64,000 nucleotides of DNA from positions 2,304,001 to 2,368,000 of the forward strand of contig CAXXHB010000003.1 in the NCBI GenBank assembly GCA_963664815.2, in the 5' to 3' direction. Position 1 is the first letter of the stretch. Each line of letters opens with the position of its first letter. Made by a program: the position numbers and the translations under genes. Below the pieces are notes generated by a model. The model did no database searches. It was not told the DNA's origin and saw only the letters and a program-made list of their open reading frames with translations. Positions 59,551 to 64,000 of the stretch are shown one piece after another. The DNA comes from Spirochaetota bacterium (GTDB taxonomy: Bacteria; Spirochaetota; UBA4802; UBA5550).

Positions 59551-61185
59551 TTACAGAGCCAGCCTGTTATGTCCGTGATACATTTTATCTCTTATAGACT
59601 TTATATCATCGCTTGCCAGGTATTCCTCGAAATTCATCCTTCTGTCTATAATTCCATCAGGTGTTATTTCAATAATCCTGTTCGCAACGGTTTCAACAAA
59701 CTCGTAATCGTGCGAAGTAAAAAGCACTACCTCGGGAAATTTTATCAGTGCATTGTTCAGGGATGTAATAGCTTCAAGATCAAGATGATTGGTCGGCTCA
59801 TCCAGTATAATTGCGTTTGCCCCGGAAAGCATCATACGTGAAAGCATACATCGCACCTTCTCCCCTCCGGAGAGAACCTTTATGCTCTTAAGTGACTCTT
59901 CTCCGGTAAACAGCATTCTCCCTAAAAAACCTCTCGCATAAGATTCATCCTTGCTGTCGGTAAACTGTCTTATCCACTGCAAAACTGAATAATCGCTTTC
60001 AAAATATGAGTTGTTCTCTTTCGGGAAATATGAAGTAGAGATAGTCTCTCCCCATCTAAACGTTCCTGAATCCTGTCTGGACTCGCCGGTAAGTATCTGA
60101 AACAGCGTTGTCTGAACAACATGGCTCCATGCAAGAAAGACTATTTTATCATCTTTCTCCACTCTGAAAGTCAGGTCCTTAATTATCTGCAGTCCATCGA
60201 CATTCTTATTCAGATTTTCTATCTCAAGAATAATCTTGCCGCACTCACGCTCCGGTTTGAACTCAATAAATGGATATTTTCTTGAAGAAGGCTTGATATC
60301 CTCCAGCGTAAGCTTTTCCAGAAGCTTTTTTCGCGATGTTGCCTGGCGCGCCTTTGATGCATTTGAACTGAACCGTTCAATGAATGACTTCAGCTCCTTT
60401 CTTTTATCTTCAATTTTTTTATTCTCATCCCTTTTCTGAGTCATGGCAAGCTCGCTCGCCTGGACCCAGAATGCATAATTTCCCACAAAGAGCTGAATCT
60501 TTCCGAAATCTATATCCGCAATATGTGTGCATACATTGTTCAGAAAATGCCTGTCATGGCTTACTACAATAACTGTATTTCTGAAGTTCATCAGATAATC
60601 TTCCAGCCATGTAACAGACTCAAGGTCAAGGTGATTGGTAGGTTCATCAAGAAGAAGAATGTCGGGACTTCCGAAAAGCGCCTGCGCCAGAAGCACCTTA
60701 ACCTTCTCTCCCCCCTCAAGCTCCTTCATCTTTTTTTTATGAAGCTTATCATCAACACCAAGCCCCTTCAGAAGAGTAGCAGCCTCGCTCTCCGCATCAT
60801 AACCGTTAAATTTCTCAACAAGTTCCTCAAGTTCCGAAGCCCTTATTCCATCTTCATCGGAGAAATCATCCTTGGCATAAATCTCGTTTCTCTCATTGAG
60901 CACATCAAAAAGCTCTTTATGCCCCATGATAACAGTATCTATAACCTCAAATTCATCAAAAGCAAACTGGTCCTGCCTTAAAATTGCTATTCTTTCATTG
61001 GCATCAACCTGGACTTCCCCGGTTGTCTGTTCAATTTCCCCGGAAACGATTTTCAGAAAAGTCGACTTCCCCGCTCCGTTAGCCCCGATAAGCCCGTAAC
61101 AGTTACCCGGCCTGAACTTTATATTTACATCCTTGAAAAGAATTCTCTTCCCGTAGGCTAAGGTTAAATTATTTACCTGAAGCAT
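59551..61185 (-). CDS. ABC-F protein (YbiT/YkpA-like)
   Basis: GNCYGLIGANGAGKST, QDQFAF, RFSSNASKARQATSR, two LDEPTNHLD motifs. Confidence 0.9.
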   Translation of the reverse strand: MLQVNNLTLAYGKRILFKDVNIKFRPGNCYGLIGANGAGKSTFLKIVSGEIEQTTGEVQVDANERIAILRQDQFAFDEFEVIDTVIMGHKELFDVLNERNEIYAKDDFSDEDGIRASELEELVEKFNGYDAESEAATLLKGLGVDDKLHKKKMKELEGGEKVKVLLAQALFGSPDILLLDEPTNHLDLESVTWLEDYLMNFRNTVIVVSHDRHFLNNVCTHIADIDFGKIQLFVGNYAFWVQASELAMTQKRDENKKIEDKRKELKSFIERFSSNASKARQATSRKKLLEKLTLEDIKPSSRKYPFIEFKPERECGKIILEIENLNKNVDGLQIIKDLTFRVEKDDKIVFLAWSHVVQTTLFQILTGESRQDSGTFRWGETISTSYFPKENNSYFESDYSVLQWIRQFTDSKDESYARGFLGRMLFTGEESLKSIKVLSGGEKVRCMLSRMMLSGANAIILDEPTNHLDLEAITSLNNALIKFPEVVLFTSHDYEFVETVANRIIEITPDGIIDRRMNFEEYLASDDIKSIRDKMYHGHNRLAL

Positions 61186-61499
61186 TATACCTTCTCTTGA
61201 TTATTATTATATTTTACTGCTGTTTTGATTGCTCTTCCCGAATTGCATAAAATGAAACGAAGATTGCCGGTACAGTAAGTATCTTACAATCAATTATTAT
61301 GCATCACGATGTCAATCTTTTTACCTGATTAAATCAGCGATTTCACCAGATAGCGGTTTTTTGTATGACAGGTACTTTTTCCGCGGGATTACTGAGTCAA
61401 TGCCCCCGTAATCCCACGCAGCACGCTTATGAGAAGCATACTCCCCCCTTAAAATAAATTGCTGCCTTTAGCGGAGATTATAAAAAAAAACTTTTTATC

Positions 61500-61528
61500 T
61501 TGACAGCAGTTTTGATGATAAATATATG
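61500..61528 (+). promoter_or_regulatory. Sigma70-type promoter for the tRNAs
   Basis: TTGACA-17 nt-TATATG, ending 12 nt before tRNA-Cys. Confidence 0.55.
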
Positions 61529-61540
61529 GAAAGTCAAAAT

Positions 61541-61612
<72 letters not shown>

Positions 61613-61655
61613 ATAAACTTATCTTTCACAGATAAGTCTCTTTTTTTAGTATTAT

Positions 61656-61742
61656 GCCCAGGTGGTGGAACTTGGTAGACACAAGGGACTTAAAATCCCT
61701 TGGCCCTTAGCGGCCGTGCGGGTTCAATTCCCGCCCTGGGCA
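61656..61742 (+). tRNA. tRNA-Leu (TAA)
   Basis: GCCCAGG/CCTGGGC acceptor stem, AGGGA-CTTAAAA-TCCCT anticodon arm, long variable arm, GGTTCAATTCC. Confidence 0.95.
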
Positions 61743-61743
61743 A

Positions 61744-61778
61744 AGAAACCTCTGATTTAATCAGAGGTTTTTCTTTTC
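61744..61778 (+). terminator. Terminator after the tRNAs
   Basis: aaacctctgat-tta-atcagaggtttttcttttc. Confidence 0.8.
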
Positions 61779-61843
61779 CTTCTTCAGCTCCGTTAATCGG
61801 AGTTTGATTTCCGGAAACCCGTTGCACATATATTGCACAGTTT

Positions 61844-62520
61844 TTATATCACTCTTTTAAAGGGTAGAATGTTATCTATTCTGGCCCCTTTCTCTATAAG
61901 ATCAGGTCTTGAAAATTGAGCATACCTTGCCTGGGTAGTGGTTATATGCTGATGTCGCAAAATATGCTGAACATCTGTCATATCCAACCCCTCATTTAAT
62001 AAAGTTTGTGCTGTAAGGTGCCTCAAATCATGAAATCTAAAATTAGTCCCGTTTTTGATATGGCCGAATGGTAATATTTTTATCAGCTTTCCCCATTGTT
62101 TCCTAAGCTGATCCATAGTGTAAAGGTCAGCAACCACATACTTGCCCTTGACATCAAGGGATTTTAATACCTCCTGTAATACCGGACTGACCGGCACAAG
62201 CCCGGAACGTTTACCCTTAGTTTTAGTCTCAGATAGAAGTATACGGTTATAATTAAACTGCACTTCACTCCACTCAAGACTGTATATCTCACCTCGCCGC
62301 ATTCCAGATAACAAAGCAATAATAATAACATTACAAAGCATGGGAGTAACTTCATTTGCCTTTTCCAGCAGAATTGTAATTTCATCCCTGTTTAAAGCAA
62401 CCTACCTGAAATTAAGTTCTGCTTTCTTTGTTTTAAGAAAAGGATTGCTGCGATTGTAAATTGGTACTTGACATACCCCTTTTCCACACCGGATTGATCC
62501 TTGACTTCTTTAAACCCCAT
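61844..62520 (-). pseudogene. Decayed tyrosine integrase
   Basis: Catalytic GMRRGE, KTK, HDLRH, RH, RY motifs intact. In-frame TAG at 62402-62404 inside NPF...R*VALNRDEI. The AAGGAG-ATG start at 62520 is out of frame, consistent with an internal deletion. Confidence 0.8.
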
Positions 62521-62589
62521 ATTTCTCTCCTTAAATAAACATGGGGTTACGTTGCGTTATGTAGAACCTAACCCCATTAATCCGAATTG

Positions 62590-62815
62590 TCAATTGATTT
62601 TGTTATTTCGTTTTAGAACGGAGATTACTTCATCGGGGTCGTAAAGGTAGTGCTTGCCAACCTTATAGGCCGGGATACGCTTTTCCCGCGTATACTTGCC
62701 TGATGGTATAGGCTGGGATTGAAATGACTTCTGAAAGTCGTATAGTGGTTAATAACTTGTGCGATGCCACGATGTTTAAGTCTGCATTTTCCATATTGTT
62801 CTGTTGTCTTTGCAT
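62590..62815 (-). pseudogene. Frameshifted excisionase-like HTH protein
   Basis: GGAGGT RBS; KLLTT..LSEVISIPAYTIR, then after removing one base KYTREKRIPAYKVGKHYLYDPDEV. Confidence 0.7.
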
Positions 62816-62983
62816 GGCATACCTCCATTTATGTTTTCTTAACACCAGTATCCCGAGTGTTGTGTTTTTGTAAACTTTTAAATCGAAGAAAACTTATTAC
62901 ATGTTAAAAATGTTGCACTCTTCCCTTTAAACATATAGTCAAGCAGATTAAAGGCTTAGCGAACAGTGCTAAGCCTTCTCATT

Positions 62984-64000
62984 CTACAATGTTTTCAATA
63001 AATAATCTGGATATCCCACAATTTTAAGTACTGAATTCCATATTCTCAGAGATCTATCCTCAATGAATGTTCGAAGGAGCTCTCCGCCAGTTTCCTGTTC
63101 TCTTGCTTCAAGAAGCCTTTCTATCTCGAAACAGGTAGACATCTCTGATTCCGAAACGCAATGTTCTGTCTTAATAAATTTTTTATTGAAATAGGTTTCT
63201 TCACAACCTTCTGCAGAATTGAACTTATGTGTCGGGGGTTTATCCTGAAACACACGATTGGCCCTTGCATCAATTATTGAAAAATTACCTATATAGTTCA
63301 GTAGTCCAACATAGTTCATATGAAAGTTATTACCTTTAATCCGGAACTTATTTCGAGCATAATTATATGCGTTAAGATGATCAAGATCTATAGTTTTATG
63401 TTTTACACCTTGGAAAATTGAAAGAATAATAGGCATGTTCTCATTACTCGAAGCAAGGTTCAATATATTGATTGAATTTTTATATTGTAAATCATTCTTT
63501 TTATCTGGCAGTTTGTCAGGATCAATGGACAGTTTATCAGGATATGGTTCAAGAGGTCTGCTATATTTTACCCTGGCATAATCAAAACAGTATTCCTGCA
63601 TCTTTTCATCGTCATATGGAAATATTTCACCCTTAGTTCCGGCATTCCATGCTACGCTAAGAGTTTCCCTATCAAATCTGCCTTTACCATGAGTCTTCGA
63701 TCCGAAAATACTTACCCAGAATAAATAGCTTATTATAGGTTGGATAAAAGTCATATCATCAACAGCCGGTAATTCTTTCCCTTTTCTGTATTGAAATGCC
63801 CATGCAATTACTGTCATTAAGTAAAAATGATTAATTTTACCAGCAGCAAAATACAAATGTTGTCTTGCTACTTTACTTGCCCATCTAACAGCTTCAATAA
63901 ATGGTGTATCCTTATCTATTGGAGTCAACTCTCTCATCTTTAGAACCAGGGGATAACTGCCATCTTTTTCATCATACCTTATGTGCTGAAGCTGCACATT
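62984..64000 (-). CDS. C-terminal part of a DUF262/DUF1524 (GmrSD-like) nuclease, 5' end outside window
   Basis: IDLDHL and NYIGNFSIIDARANRVFQDKP resemble the DUF1524 HNH motifs. Confidence 0.6.
   Translation of the reverse strand, partial: NVQLQHIRYDEKDGSYPLVLKMRELTPIDKDTPFIEAVRWASKVARQHLYFAAGKINHFYLMTVIAWAFQYRKGKELPAVDDMTFIQPIISYLFWVSIFGSKTHGKGRFDRETLSVAWNAGTKGEIFPYDDEKMQEYCFDYARVKYSRPLEPYPDKLSIDPDKLPDKKNDLQYKNSINILNLASSNENMPIILSIFQGVKHKTIDLDHLNAYNYARNKFRIKGNNFHMNYVGLLNYIGNFSIIDARANRVFQDKPPTHKFNSAEGCEETYFNKKFIKTEHCVSESEMSTCFEIERLLEAREQETGGELLRTFIEDRSLRIWNSVLKIVGYPDYLLKTL

Larger units (their letters stand above)
61790..64000. mobile_element. Edge of a tRNA-Leu-integrated genomic island (degenerate)
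   Basis: Integrase and xis remnants abut the tRNA 3' end; TTGCACA direct repeat at 61822-61839 may be arm-type sites; defence-like cargo follows. Confidence 0.65.

Noticed and set aside
62625-62845. Track ORFs of 67 aa and 60 aa as independent genes
   Set aside because: Better explained as one frameshifted excisionase-like gene (62590-62815).

Overview
AT-rich bacterial chromosomal window. A spirochaete origin is inferred, not proven, from a LipL45-like FecR lipoprotein, many lipoprotein and exported-protein genes, and FliG/FliM paralogues. In order, it holds: a histidine kinase/receiver pair; a Pho cluster (phoR-phoB-phoU-pstB / pstS / pit) with shared Pho-box-like motifs and an unannotated 37-aa ORF; an ArsR-led operon for split GshF-type glutathione synthesis plus an ABC-2 transporter and cysE; a run of exported or orphan genes; sbcCD; a ~14-kb uncharacterised locus; an SPM-1-like B1 metallo-beta-lactamase; hisC; a rhomboid protease; ppnP; an anaerobic acyl-CoA cluster; two ABC-F genes; tRNA-Cys and tRNA-Leu; and the decayed edge of a tRNA-integrated island (integrase and excisionase pseudogenes, GmrSD-like gene). 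The best candidate for an undescribed system is the 33.9-47.2 kb locus. It encodes a Ser/Thr kinase-ankyrin membrane protein with an N-terminal array of T-x-x-I/L motifs, an FHA protein, a PP2C phosphatase, a triple-AAA CbbX/SpoVK-type ATPase and zinc-ribbon proteins, plus flagellar C-ring paralogues (FliG-C and FliM-FliN-like). The second candidate is a family of homologous 5' leaders with terminators, one of which carries a ~37-bp tandem array. All calls come from reading motifs by eye; no database searches were run.
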